From Nemertoderma westbladi (taxonomy: Eukaryota; Animalia; Xenacoelomorpha), in NCBI GenBank assembly GCA_032718475.1, contig JAUCBJ010007877.1, positions 1,957-65,956 of the forward strand: 64,000 bases of DNA. The letters are read 5' to 3'. This document shows, piece by piece, positions 1 to 11,244 of this stretch. The notes below the pieces were generated by a model. The model saw only the letters and a list, made by a program, of their open reading frames with translations. It was not told the DNA's origin and did not search any database. The position numbers and the translations under genes are program-made. Numbering within the stretch: the stretch's first letter is position 1; each line of letters opens with the position of its first letter.

Positions 1-516
1 CGACTTCAACTGGAGTCGATCCTCCCCCAAGTTCAACCGGAGTCGATCCTTCCTCGAGTTTAACCGGTGTCGATCCTTCCTCGAGTTTAACCGGAGTCGA
101 TCCGTCCTTGACTTCAACCGATGCCGATCCTTCCTCGTGTTTAACCAGAGTCGATCCTTCCTCGAGTCTAACCGGAGTCGATCCTTCCTCGAGTTTAACC
201 GGAGTCGATCCTTCCCCGAGTTTAACCGGAGTTGATCCTTCCTCGAGTTTAACCGGAGTCGATCCTTCCTCGAGTTTAACCGGAGTCGATCCTTCCTCGA
301 GTTTAACCGGAGTCGATCCTTCCTCGTGTTTAACCGGAGTCGATCCTTCCTCGAGTTCAACCGGAGTCGATCCTTCCTCGAGTTTAACCGGAGTCGATCC
401 CTCATCGAGTTTAACCGGAGTCGATCCTTCCTCGAGTTTAACCGGAGTCGATCCTTCCTCGAGTTTAACCGAAGTCGATTCTTCCTCGAGTTTAACCGGA
501 GTCGATCCTTCCTCGA
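1..516 (+). repeat. 27-bp coding tandem repeat (TGVDPSSSL)n
   Basis: Unit accggagtcgatccttcctcgagttta, about 19 copies, in frame within ORF1. Confidence 0.95.
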
Positions 517-3278
517 TCGCGGTATCAGGGAACCTCTCCAACAAGAATCAGTCTAGTCATATCACAAAGATAACCGATTTCTTCAGGAAGAAACATAAAC
601 CTGAAATCACTATTCCAGAAACAATAGATCTTACTGAAGATGATCCTGAACACAAACATGTATCATTTGACAACAGTGTCATTGACGATGTTACATTGGG
701 TGGAAACTTAAACCCTAAGGTGCGCCACGCTTACAATGAAGCAACTAATGATGCCGGCACTGGTTATGATGTTTACCCAGACAACAATCTAAATATGTGC
801 GAACGTGACATACAATCTGAAATTAGAATCTTCATTGACTCTATCTGCACTACAGCGCCTAACTACCCAGTACCAGCAAAAGAATCGCTGAAGTGTCTGG
901 AGTTAAACTACAGTGAGCCCAAAAAACAAGGAGAAATAATAAATACAGCAAACCTATGGATTAATGATGATGTAGTTGACGGTTTTCTGGGATTAATCTG
1001 CAGGCAGTATCCACATACAGCTCCCATTCTGACAACTCTAACATATAACCTGCGACGACCTGGTCATGATCAACTGAGCGCGGTACAATATGTGGCCCGC
1101 CACTACATTGCGAGACACACAAAACACCGACCACATCTAATATTTTTTCCAGAATGTACCAAAAATCACTGGGTTCTACATGTTGCAGATTTACGAATAA
1201 AAACTGTCAAATTGCTAAGCTCAAAAGGTTCTTCTATGCCTACTAACACGACCTTCGCCATCGCAGACCTACTATCTCTCATTGATTGTAATAACGATTG
1301 GAATATATCAGACTCCTCTAGCCGGAAATGGATAGTTGCCGGTGGTACACCACCATATCCACAGCAACCTGAAGATGATTATGTAAACTGTGGAATATAT
1401 TTATGCCTGTATGCTCTAGCTCAGGCTCAGGGAAGTTCAACGATATCACCCATTTACCATGATAGTACTGCCGCTAGGCACTGGGTTCTTTCATGTCTCA
1501 AGAATTGCAAACTTATGGAACATCCCCAGGTTATTTGTGACCGAATGTACGTCCCACTGACTCAAGTAAAAAATAACAGCTCTCTAACTACCGAATCAAA
1601 TGAGATTTCCTCTTCCGCCGGTGTTGCAAATGTGAAAATTGGCTACCTGGAATATGAGAATAGAATCTACGATGAGAGTGGTGTTCAACATCAACAGAGT
1701 CGCATCCTCCCACCACCAGCAATACCACATCCTTCAAAATCCAAACCATCAGGAAGTGCTTCACATACTAAAATACAACCATCATCGACGAATGCACAAT
1801 TCCCACAAACATCAACACAACTTTCGTCACAGTCTATGAATAACGAAACACTTTCCCACAGAACCTATTCAATTGACTTTACTAATATCATCAAATCAAA
1901 CAGGAAAAAAGCTCTCAAGATGATATCACAGGAGAATAAGCCTAAACTGCACTGTGCCAGAGATGAGCTGCTCATTGATGTCAAGCGGTTGATGCACCCA
2001 ACCCAAAGCTCCACATTTGAAGTAATCTCCAGAAATTCGATCAAAGAACTGTGCATTGATATTTATGAGCTTTTAATGTGCATAAAGGAGAACCTTTTCA
2101 CGGAACTATGCAGAAAACGATTGCGAAAGTGTAACATTAGTACCAGTAGCGTCAAAGTAGAAGATAATGCCACAGACCAACTAAGGCTCGATCTGGTACA
2201 TTCAGTAGCCACAATTCAGGCACGACTTTCTGTTCTTGAAAATGAGAATATAGTACTCAAGGAAAGTGTCTGTAATTTAAAAGATGAATTAAATCATGAG
2301 CGACATGCACGGATAGTCCTTGAGGCAACTCTTACCTCAAATATAAATACAAACAACATCCACTCTTTCGACCATCACAATAAAACTGAAAATCATAACT
2401 ATATGAAGGAAGCAGATGTGCCCTACAGGAAACAAACCAATCCGGCATCAGTGGATGTGGACAGACACAGGCATCCAACATTGAAGTCATCTAGATCTAA
2501 CCAACAAAACACTAATCTGTTTTCAACGAATAAATCTCGAAAACCACAGAATAATGTAAACCATCATAATGGAACAAGTAGACAAATCCCCAAATTGAAT
2601 CTAGGCAGTGGAAGGGATCATAGACAACAGCCGCAGCCAACAACAACTTGCTATAACTATTATGACGCCTTAGGGCCTTTCAATGAAGTGCAGAATAATG
2701 TAGCCCATTCAAGGGGATCAAGAAATATGGATCACAACAGAGAGGACACAAGAACAACCACTGGTAACAACAACCCCTGGCAGAATACAAAACGTAATAA
2801 CAGGGCATTCGGTCACAGTGAGACCATATCCAAGGAGAAACAAAACGATGCATATAAAGTAATACATAATGGAGGCATAAGTTCGCAACCTGGATCATCT
2901 GACAAACAAACGCAACACAACAGGAAAGGATACGTCCTGAATAACCCATACTCTTATCTCCAAGTCACAGCCGATAGAAGAGATATCGATTTGTTAGGCA
3001 TTGAAAAGCTTATAAGGAATAGAGGGATACACTTACACAGGATATCTTCAGTACATACAGATGGAAACACAACAAGCTTGCAAATCACTACAGATGCGTC
3101 AGCACAATCGACTCTACTAGGTAGCTCTTTTTGGCCTCACTATATCAACTGTCGAAAGTGGAACATCATGAACATTACAGCTACAGGCAACAACATTACA
3201 AAGTTTGGTGGCAACAAATATGTACAGAATGCTAGCAACAATAGAGTGACTGTTTCTAGGCGGCAGCAGTATGTTTAG
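3..3278 (+). CDS. LINE ORF1: 9-aa repeats, Ulp1/SENP-like C48 peptidase domain, coiled coil, C-terminal FWP..CRKW domain (5' partial)
   Basis: Frame is open from base 3. Motifs WINDDVVDGFL, FFPECTKNHWVLHVADL and PQQPEDDYVNCGIYLC match the Ulp1 pattern; heptad region LSVLENENIVLKESVCNLKDEL; SSFWPHYINCRKW resembles LINE ORF1 C-termini. Confidence 0.85.
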   Translation, partial: TSTGVDPPPSSTGVDPSSSLTGVDPSSSLTGVDPSLTSTDADPSSCLTRVDPSSSLTGVDPSSSLTGVDPSPSLTGVDPSSSLTGVDPSSSLTGVDPSSSLTGVDPSSCLTGVDPSSSSTGVDPSSSLTGVDPSSSLTGVDPSSSLTGVDPSSSLTEVDSSSSLTGVDPSSIAVSGNLSNKNQSSHITKITDFFRKKHKPEITIPETIDLTEDDPEHKHVSFDNSVIDDVTLGGNLNPKVRHAYNEATNDAGTGYDVYPDNNLNMCERDIQSEIRIFIDSICTTAPNYPVPAKESLKCLELNYSEPKKQGEIINTANLWINDDVVDGFLGLICRQYPHTAPILTTLTYNLRRPGHDQLSAVQYVARHYIARHTKHRPHLIFFPECTKNHWVLHVADLRIKTVKLLSSKGSSMPTNTTFAIADLLSLIDCNNDWNISDSSSRKWIVAGGTPPYPQQPEDDYVNCGIYLCLYALAQAQGSSTISPIYHDSTAARHWVLSCLKNCKLMEHPQVICDRMYVPLTQVKNNSSLTTESNEISSSAGVANVKIGYLEYENRIYDESGVQHQQSRILPPPAIPHPSKSKPSGSASHTKIQPSSTNAQFPQTSTQLSSQSMNNETLSHRTYSIDFTNIIKSNRKKALKMISQENKPKLHCARDELLIDVKRLMHPTQSSTFEVISRNSIKELCIDIYELLMCIKENLFTELCRKRLRKCNISTSSVKVEDNATDQLRLDLVHSVATIQARLSVLENENIVLKESVCNLKDELNHERHARIVLEATLTSNINTNNIHSFDHHNKTENHNYMKEADVPYRKQTNPASVDVDRHRHPTLKSSRSNQQNTNLFSTNKSRKPQNNVNHHNGTSRQIPKLNLGSGRDHRQQPQPTTTCYNYYDALGPFNEVQNNVAHSRGSRNMDHNREDTRTTTGNNNPWQNTKRNNRAFGHSETISKEKQNDAYKVIHNGGISSQPGSSDKQTQHNRKGYVLNNPYSYLQVTADRRDIDLLGIEKLIRNRGIHLHRISSVHTDGNTTSLQITTDASAQSTLLGSSFWPHYINCRKWNIMNITATGNNITKFGGNKYVQNASNNRVTVSRRQQYV

Positions 3279-6200
3279 CACAAAGACGTCACCACCTGAC
3301 AAAGTATACAATATTCAACGACCAGATACTTGTGACTTGCGAGTTGGTACATTTAATGTGCGAGGAATTATCCCGAGCTGGGATGTTGTTGCTGGACTGT
3401 TGGATAGCCTAGACATTCTTGCATTGCAAGAAATATGGATGGATAATTTAGAAGCTACTTACTTATTACCGAAGTTACACAATGAATTTGATTGCTACTT
3501 TACATGTCGAGACTATGTGGTCAACAACGGTGTACGGGGTGGTGTAGCTATGCTATTTCGAAAATCTACTTTTTCCAATGTCAGTAAAATTGTATCAGGG
3601 GAAGATATCATAGGGATACATGCATCACTCTGCCAAGTCGTACAACCAGTAGTTGTGTTGAATGGCTATTTCCCTGACACTTCAAAACCCAAAGCAAATT
3701 ATGAGGAATTTTTGGGGAGACTCAGCAATATCCTTGACCAATATGAAGATGCTACACCACTAATTCTAGCTGATACCAACGCTGACCTTGGTCCTTTGCA
3801 GGGTCCCCGCAGGGGTCGGGATAAACCAACAGACAGAGGTTCACGGTTCAATTCCTTCTTAGTAGACAGAAGTCTGGTTGCAGCTGACACAGAAAATAAA
3901 TTCTTGGGGCCATGTATTACTTTTCGGGGACACGGATCTTCCTATATAGATCACATTATAACCAATGAACATGGCAATGACCAACTTGTTCAGGGTACAA
4001 TTTTTAAAGAAGAGTGCACATACCACTCGGATCACGTTCCTCTGACAGCGCTGTTCCAGTTCAAAACCAGCCGAGTATATAACTGCGAGGAACAACAGCA
4101 TGACTCCCGCCGGCTCAAAGGTAGAGTTGCATGGAACAGGATAAGCGAGGATCATCTCACACGTTTTCAAAATGATGTAACGCAGAGAATTAGCGACATA
4201 TATAAGACATTGCCAAGTGCTACAAAATGGACTGCAGATGACACAAATATATTTGTAAACCAACTGCAAATGATACTTACTCTATCAGCCAATCATAACC
4301 TCCCATGTACCCATTCAAATAAGCATGTAACAAAGAATTTGCGTATACGATCAAGGGTTTTGAAATCAAGAACAAATACATGTCGACAACTATACAATTT
4401 ATGGTGCAAAGATGGTAAAGGTGATGATAATATATTTGGAGATGCCTACAAAGAATCGCGTCGTTCAATAAGGAAACTGAAAAATTATCTGACCAAATCT
4501 CTCTTACATAAAGACATTCGGAAGAGAGCAACAGGATTTGATAAAAATCCTAGGCAATTCTGGCAGTATTTTAGTAAGAGAGACAAATCTACGCCACCAA
4601 GGGATGTTCAAGAACTTCTAAGAGAAGACTTGAAGTGCAGGAATGAACCGAATGTCCAGGAAGATGATGAACTATTGCAGTTTACAGACAAGCTTCGTAG
4701 TTCATGTAACGATATTTTGCCACCCATTATTTCTCCTTGCACTATTCGACGGGCGATTGCTTCTCTTGCACTGGGGAAAGCAACTGATGCAGCTTCACTA
4801 ATGGTTGAGCATCTTCTTTGCCTAGAGGAATCATTCATAACTGAAGTTCTTGCAGATATCGTCAATGCATGCTTTCGATTGGGGGAAGTGCCTGAATTAT
4901 TTGGCAAAACGTTAATTACTCATATATATAAAGGGAAAAACCGTCCACAGTTGAATCCAAGGTCCTATCGCCCAATATCTTCAGTTAGTATCTTTGGGAA
5001 GGTTTTTGAAAGCGTCCTGCTGCAGGAATATTTGCCTGTGCTTTTTGAATGCATCCCACTTTCCCAGCTGGCATATCAAAAGAAAATGGGCTCAGATTTA
5101 ATCATCGCAGCACTTCTAGAATTTTTGAATTCACAACGTAGTCGGGGTCAAAACGTTTACATGTGTCAGATGGACATGCATGGAGCATTTGATAACGTCC
5201 AGTACATTACACTATTCAAGAAGCTATCATCCTACCTCAATCCGTTCATCTGTCTGTCCTTGGTTTCGTATTATCTCCAAACAGCCGCCTATCTACGTTT
5301 TGGTAACTTAATAGATTGTGAGGGAATCATCATTCGGCGGGGTGTGAAACAGGGTAGCTTGATATCACCATTATTATTTCTCTTCTACACCTCAGATGCT
5401 ATCTCAGCACTTGAGTCAAGTGGATATGGATTTAACCTTCATCTTCATTGGTTGGGCTGCCTAGCTTATGCTGATGATGTGCTTCTTTGCAGCCGTACAA
5501 TGCATGACTTAGAGGCAATGGTGTTGTTACTAACAACAGAGCTCAACAATATAAAATTGGACATAGAAGGATCCAAAACGAAATGGGCGGTATTCGTTGG
5601 GAATGGTCAATCGGCAAAAGAAATCCCGTCGTTTCTAAGTATTAATACCACCTTAGTTCCAGCCAGCCCTAAACTTACATTCCTGGGTTATCCATTGTAC
5701 TCAGTGAATACATCTGCATTAAAGGATGCACAGCAGTCGATCGCAAGGTTAACCAGCTGCTTTCACAGACATGGTTGGACTACAAGACACTTTGACTGCA
5801 CAACCGTTGGATATATATGGCGGACGGTAGCTATACCTTCCATCTTGTATACTCTCAAGTTTACTGTGGGTTCCATGCGTGATACTGAAATTGAACTGTT
5901 AGATGTGGCATACCGTAAGGCCTTACGGAGCATCCTCCACCTCGGACCATATGCAGACAACCAGGTTGTGTACAACCTACTTGGTTGCATTCCACTCTCA
6001 ATGGAAGTATATCGGCAAAATATTGGGATCATTACACGATCGTTTGAATCCAACAATATGTTAATTCAGTCATTCCTTCGAGTAAGTGCTTCGGAATACA
6101 GTGCTTCTTACACAGGTGTCTTCTCCACATATGAAAAGAGTTATAAAGCATACCCACTCCCCAATATGCAGTCTCTTTCAACAAATAAATACTCAAAATC

Positions 6201-6351
6201 AGCCCTAAAAAATCGAATAATACCAGGTGAAGTATCACTAGCAGAGGCGGTCAAAATCAATTTCATAGATAGCTGCTACCGTTTATCTACCAGTTTTAAA
6301 TTTAAGCACAACATGATATTAGATTTATTTTGTTATCCTACCTGGTTTTAA
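3271..6351 (+). CDS. LINE ORF2: apurinic endonuclease + reverse transcriptase
   Basis: APE motifs TFNVRG, ALQEIW, GGVAML, ADTNAD, IDHI, SDHVPL; RT motifs YRPIS, DMHGAFDNV, GVKQGSLISPLLF, YADD, FLG; 1026 aa uninterrupted. Confidence 0.96.
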   Translation: MFSTKTSPPDKVYNIQRPDTCDLRVGTFNVRGIIPSWDVVAGLLDSLDILALQEIWMDNLEATYLLPKLHNEFDCYFTCRDYVVNNGVRGGVAMLFRKSTFSNVSKIVSGEDIIGIHASLCQVVQPVVVLNGYFPDTSKPKANYEEFLGRLSNILDQYEDATPLILADTNADLGPLQGPRRGRDKPTDRGSRFNSFLVDRSLVAADTENKFLGPCITFRGHGSSYIDHIITNEHGNDQLVQGTIFKEECTYHSDHVPLTALFQFKTSRVYNCEEQQHDSRRLKGRVAWNRISEDHLTRFQNDVTQRISDIYKTLPSATKWTADDTNIFVNQLQMILTLSANHNLPCTHSNKHVTKNLRIRSRVLKSRTNTCRQLYNLWCKDGKGDDNIFGDAYKESRRSIRKLKNYLTKSLLHKDIRKRATGFDKNPRQFWQYFSKRDKSTPPRDVQELLREDLKCRNEPNVQEDDELLQFTDKLRSSCNDILPPIISPCTIRRAIASLALGKATDAASLMVEHLLCLEESFITEVLADIVNACFRLGEVPELFGKTLITHIYKGKNRPQLNPRSYRPISSVSIFGKVFESVLLQEYLPVLFECIPLSQLAYQKKMGSDLIIAALLEFLNSQRSRGQNVYMCQMDMHGAFDNVQYITLFKKLSSYLNPFICLSLVSYYLQTAAYLRFGNLIDCEGIIIRRGVKQGSLISPLLFLFYTSDAISALESSGYGFNLHLHWLGCLAYADDVLLCSRTMHDLEAMVLLLTTELNNIKLDIEGSKTKWAVFVGNGQSAKEIPSFLSINTTLVPASPKLTFLGYPLYSVNTSALKDAQQSIARLTSCFHRHGWTTRHFDCTTVGYIWRTVAIPSILYTLKFTVGSMRDTEIELLDVAYRKALRSILHLGPYADNQVVYNLLGCIPLSMEVYRQNIGIITRSFESNNMLIQSFLRVSASEYSASYTGVFSTYEKSYKAYPLPNMQSLSTNKYSKSALKNRIIPGEVSLAEAVKINFIDSCYRLSTSFKFKHNMILDLFCYPTWF

Positions 6352-6569
6352 AGTTGTCAAGGTGTGTGACGTAAATGGTAAATAACTTTAATTGATGATA
6401 CTGTCTCTGTTTACGTAAATAATTATAATTATGATTTTAGTCACTGTTTACGATTAGCCATATTTTATTGTCACTGATGTGTCATTTTACTTCATTATTT
6501 AACTATTCAATTATATACCAGCTTGACTGGTGCTGCGCCTAATAGGCGAGAATAAATAAATAATGCTTT

Positions 6570-7740
6570 GCGAGGTTTTTCCAATAACAGTGTTCATTTA
6601 CTTCCAAAGAAGATGAAAAAGATCCCCTGAACTGACCAAAGCATTCATAAACAAAGGAAGACTAACAAATCAACAACTTTGTGCACATCAACAGCTGCTA
6701 AAGTTGTAGTCAAAGCTTCATCAGCAGCGTTGAATGGAAAGAACCTAGGAAATCAGTCTGAACTATTCAATGTGCATATTGTTGTCAACAAAACTGACAA
6801 GGTACCATCAGAATCTACAGACGATTGCCTGGCTGGTTAGGAGGTTTACTCTGAAAAACTGTTCAATAATCCTTGAGTACTTCCTGATCACTTCCTTATG
6901 TAAAGTCGGTCTCTGACTCCTCTCAAAAACATCACACAGGTAATAATATGTTATCTGAAGTAGACTCTAGCTTCTAAGACAAATAAAGCCAGTTATGTTG
7001 AGGGCATTTCTCCAGAGGTGAACCAGATCCATGAATCCTTAGTCCTAAACCATCCATCCCATCATAAAAAGGTATGAAAGAAATGGGGACTAACAAGCTA
7101 AATGAGCAAGTGAATGAGCTAAATGAAATGAACAAGCCCTAAGAAATTAACCTCTGACTAGGTCATGGATACGTCCTTTAAGGTGACACACGTGCTCCTT
7201 TCCTCAGAATTAATTAGGTGGACTATGTGCTAAGAATGTCGTCGCCTTGACAAACATACCGTAGATGGGGTGGAAATACAACCTGCTGATGGTAGTCGAA
7301 TAGCGGAAAACGAACAATAGAAATGGCAGATCTCGATATTATTGCTGATGATTTGTGTTTAATCTTAGAAACATTTGTTGGTTCTCAAAGTATACTCTGT
7401 AGTGCTAGAACAGGCTGCATCGGAAGTTGGTCTATTCGTAAATCAAGTGGTCTACAACATTTGGGTTTATAGACCCATTTGTGTCCAATGACCCATGGGG
7501 TGGCCCCCAAAGTGACACGCTTGCACATTTCCTCTTCATTACTGTAGTGGACTATGTGCTGAGCACGAAATACAACCTACCAGTTGTTGTAGAAGTAGAG
7601 GAAAACAACCACAACACAATTAACGGCTCTTGCCTTTGCTGATAATGTCAGGAACATTGCGGTTTTTAAAGACTACTCAGCAGTCCGTTAGGTAGTCAAC
7701 TAGCATCCAATGTAGTGGTCTATTTGTAAATGCTCCAAAA
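6570..7740 (+). pseudogene. Highly degenerate RTE-type LINE RT remnants
   Basis: Decayed GDT.APFLF / VDYVLR / DLD.ADD-like coding (7180-7440, again 7510-7650) similar to the RTE at 23100-23450. Confidence 0.55.
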
Positions 7741-8842
7741 CCAAACTTTTATTTTTCATTACATTTCATAACTTGATCACGTATAAACAACATTCCAACA
7801 CATATTATATGAATGGGGAATCTTTTAGGCTCATTAAGCCAAGGAATGCCTGTTCACCACCATGGGTGATCTTCCACAGTAAACCCTTCCACTCTCACAC
7901 ATATTATATAATATCTTGATGACAAATAAATGATAAGACAAGTTGTACAGTACGAGGTATGAATAACAATAGTTAGCATTGCATCATCAATATGGCTATT
8001 ATTACACGGTAATGGAGAGATAATAATGGATAGGTTGACAGAGAGAGCTGGATGATTCGCCACGCCCATGTTGTCATGGCAACAACATCAGCGATACGAA
8101 ATGAGATTCTTACTTTTTATTATTAGAATAATCCCCTCTTGTACGACCTGCATATACATATATTATTGTACACAAGTTATTTATAAGAAACAATAAGAAT
8201 AAGCCATGGAATGGAATTCTAAGTTATTATTTATTAATTGGTTGTTGGCAACTAAGCAATATCCACGCTTCGTTTCCAATGTAATAGAGCATGGTAAGGA
8301 ATGCTGCTACCAGATGTTATGTTCTTGTAAAGTAAATGATAAATTTTGATAAATTGTTAGATCGTAGGCCAAATAAGAATAGTGTGAGTAACTTATACCC
8401 AAAGGACTACCCAAAGGAATACCCAAAGGATGACAGCAGCATTTGATGAAGTGTGGAAGCACTAGGGTGGGGGGTAAACCGGAAAACCCTACGCCTACAT
8501 CAATGCCTACTAAAAGACCTACTACCTTTAGTAGGCCTTGGCCTGCCTACACCTACTGCACACCAACCCCTACACATACTTGCACAGTAAGTCGGTAGGC
8601 CTATACATCTGTCTGCTGATTCGTTGTAACAATGTGTTGGCAAGCTGTATTTTTCGTGGTGTTTGTTATTATACATTTATTATAGGAAGGGATCTAGGGG
8701 TCTTAACTTCGAATGATAAGTTTATTTTACCGAAAATAACTTATCTTTTATTGGCGCAATTGTAGGACTTTTTAACCGGGTAGTGTACAAATTTAGGAAT
8801 CGCGTAATTTTTTCTTGAAATTAATATCTCATATCTCTCCAA

Positions 8843-8885
8843 ACCACGTACGCGTTTCGACCTTACTGGGCCTCATCAGCGTGGT
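8843..8885 (-). ncRNA. Minimal type I hammerhead ribozyme
   Basis: Minus strand reads accacg CTGATGA ggcc cagtaa ggtc GAAA cgcg TA cgtggt: stem I, core, stem II, palindromic mini stem III. Confidence 0.88.
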
Positions 8886-9254
8886 GTCGGATTCGAACCT
8901 GGGACCTCGAGGTGGAAGCCGAGACTACAACCACTAGGCCACAGGTTCTTGAAATATGGAGTATTCATTTCAAAGCCAGCTGCCATTTTATTAGCCCCTG
9001 ATTTTTGATTATTGATAGTAACAATGTGTTGGCAAGCTGTATTTTTCGAGGTGTTTGTTATTATATATTTATTATAGGAAGGGATCTAGGGGTCTTAACC
9101 TCGAATGATAAGTTTATTTTACCGAAAATAACTTATCTTTTATTGGCGCAATTGTAGGACTAATCCCATCACATGCGTACTTTTTAACCGGGTAATGTAC
9201 AAATTTAGGAATCGCGTAATTTTTTCTTGAAATTAATATCTCATATCTCTCCAA

Positions 9255-9303
9255 ACCACGTAGGCCTACGCGTTTCGACCTTACTGGGCCTCATCAGCGT
9301 GGT
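9255..9303 (-). ncRNA. Hammerhead ribozyme copy with 6-nt insertion at the cleavage site
   Basis: Same core as 8843-8885, but plus strand has ccacg-taggcc-tacgcg. Confidence 0.75.
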
Positions 9304-9649
9304 GTCGGATTCGAACCTGGGACCTCGAGGTGGAAGCCGAGACTACAACCACTAGGCCACAGGTAATTGAAATATGGAGTATTAATTTCAAAGCCAGCTG
9401 CCATTTTATTAGCCCCTGATTTTTGATTATTGATAGTAACAATGTGTTGGCAAGCAGTATTTATCTAGGTGTTTGTTATTATATATTTATTATAGGAAGG
9501 GACCTAGGGGTCTTAAAAATAAAAATACAGCTCAATACAGGTCGAAAAATACTGCTTGCCAACACATTGTTACTACCAATAATCAAAAATCAGGGGCTAA
9601 TAAAATGGCAGCTGGCTTTGAAATTAATACTCCATATCTCAAGAACCTG

Positions 9650-9702
9650 TGGCCTAGTGGTTGTAGTCTCGGCTTCCACCTCGAGGTCCCAGGTTCGAAT
9701 CC
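9650..9702 (+). promoter_or_regulatory. tRNA-derived Pol III promoter (A and B boxes) immediately 5' of hammerhead
   Basis: A box tggcctagtgg 9650-9660, B box ggttcgaatcc 9692-9702; same on minus in units 1 and 2. Confidence 0.8.
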
Positions 9703-9705
9703 GAC

Positions 9706-9748
9706 ACCACGCTGAAGAGACCCAGTAAGGTCGAAACGCGTACGTGGT
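9706..9748 (+). ncRNA. Minimal type I hammerhead ribozyme
   Basis: accacg CTGAAGA gacc cagtaa ggtc GAAA cgcg TA cgtggt. Confidence 0.9.
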
Positions 9749-11244
9749 TTGGAGAGATATGAGATATTAATTTCAAGAAAAAATTACGCGATTCCTAAAT
9801 TTGTAAACTACCCAGTTAAAAAGTACGCATGTGATGGGATTAGTCCTACAATTGCGCCAATAAAAGATAAAGTTATTTTCGGTAAAATAAACTTATCATT
9901 CGAGGTTAAGACCCCTAGATCCCTGCTGATTCGTAAGCTGTTGATTCTCAATTAAAATCTGGTTTTATGGTATTCTTTGCTGTATTTTTTCTAATCTATT
10001 CCGAATAGAAATTATATCATCAGCAACCATTATTGTAAGATTAAAAATAATGTGGCACGAATGAGAAGTCAGTAGTGTAATAATAACAACCAGAATTTCT
10101 GACATAATGGCTAAACGATACGGTGTGTATGAAATGTGTTAGGGGTTATATTATATATTGCAAAGATAACATGAAATGGTAGCGCTTATGTAAATAATAT
10201 GCTGGTCAAAGTTATAATTCAATTTGTTTAACAAACAAGACTAAATTTATACTGTGGAATAGGTACTACCATACCATATACTGTAATATAGCATGAAAGA
10301 CTGGCAAAAATACACATTAAAGGTACATTAGATCTTTCTATGAGCTTAAATATAGCCTGACTACTACTGTATAACCATTAAGCAATGTAATGTAATAGTA
10401 ATATTTGAAACTGTTGTTTCTTGGCTTCAACTTCTGACCTTAACAAATTGCCAAGGTGGTAAACAAGAAATCACTAATAATAATAATAATATCCTAACCC
10501 CTATCTACAGTAGCTGAAATGGACAATATATTGAGAGCAATATGCAATAATATGGCATCAGTAACATATTAAGTAATATAATTTTTGTATAATATTGACT
10601 AAATTAGAGACTTTATTGGTATAATTCATTACTTGCACTTGTAAATATTGATATTATTAACATAAGGAAAGTGATTAGCACGCAGCGTTGTTGTAACTGC
10701 GGCCATCAACCAACATAGTGCGGAGTGGGGGAGTAGGCTGGCAGCTGCGTGGAACGAGAATGGATATAATTTCCGTGTCACCATGGTGATGCAAACACAC
10801 TAGTATCAACATCACTGTCAATAAATAAATAATTGATTATTTTTTGATATCGCAAATTTTTGTCACTGGCACAGCTAGAAAGCACAGATAGATGGCAGAG
10901 CATTGATTTATGGACGAACTAATACGCACTACACCAATAGCATTCATTAAAATCATATGAATAAGTATATGGAAATTGCTGTTTTATATTTGCGTATTAT
11001 TAATCAATACTTGTCATATCATATAGGTAAAGGCTACAGACCGGACCCATTGCTCAATTGACCAGACCCATTGCCATTTAAAGGAACAGGTTAGCAAAGG
11101 AGCAGGTTACGGAGGCGTGTTTGGGGAACCAAAACAATAAACGAAAGTTAACACATGTTACAAGATTATGCAGGTTACTTAATTGTGGTAATAAGGGTCC
11201 GGTCAATAATACACTTTTTTAAGTAAAATATATATCAAATATAA

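Larger units (their letters stand above)
1..6563 (+). mobile_element. Non-LTR retrotransposon (APE-RT LINE, RTEX/L2-like), two ORFs, 5' end outside window
   Basis: ORF1 and ORF2 overlap by 8 nt; ~200-nt 3' UTR ends in two small hairpins (6517-6531, 6536-6548) and an AATAAATAAATAA tail (6551-6563). Clade assignment is tentative. Confidence 0.92.
8625..9922. mobile_element. Retrozyme-like array: tandem ~400-bp units (minus) plus one inverted unit (plus), 12-bp TSD
   Basis: Units start at 8626, 9018, 9436 (partial); inverted copy ~9540-9922; ctgctgattcgt at 8613-8624 and 9923-9934. Confidence 0.88.

Noticed and set aside
9645-9712. Functional tRNA gene
   Set aside because: A/B boxes are present but there is no proper acceptor stem or cloverleaf; it is a SINE-like head. 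The same applies to 45095-45165.
10688-10735. Twister-like motif (taactgcggcc...cggagtg)
   Set aside because: No P4 stem or pseudoknot complementarity.
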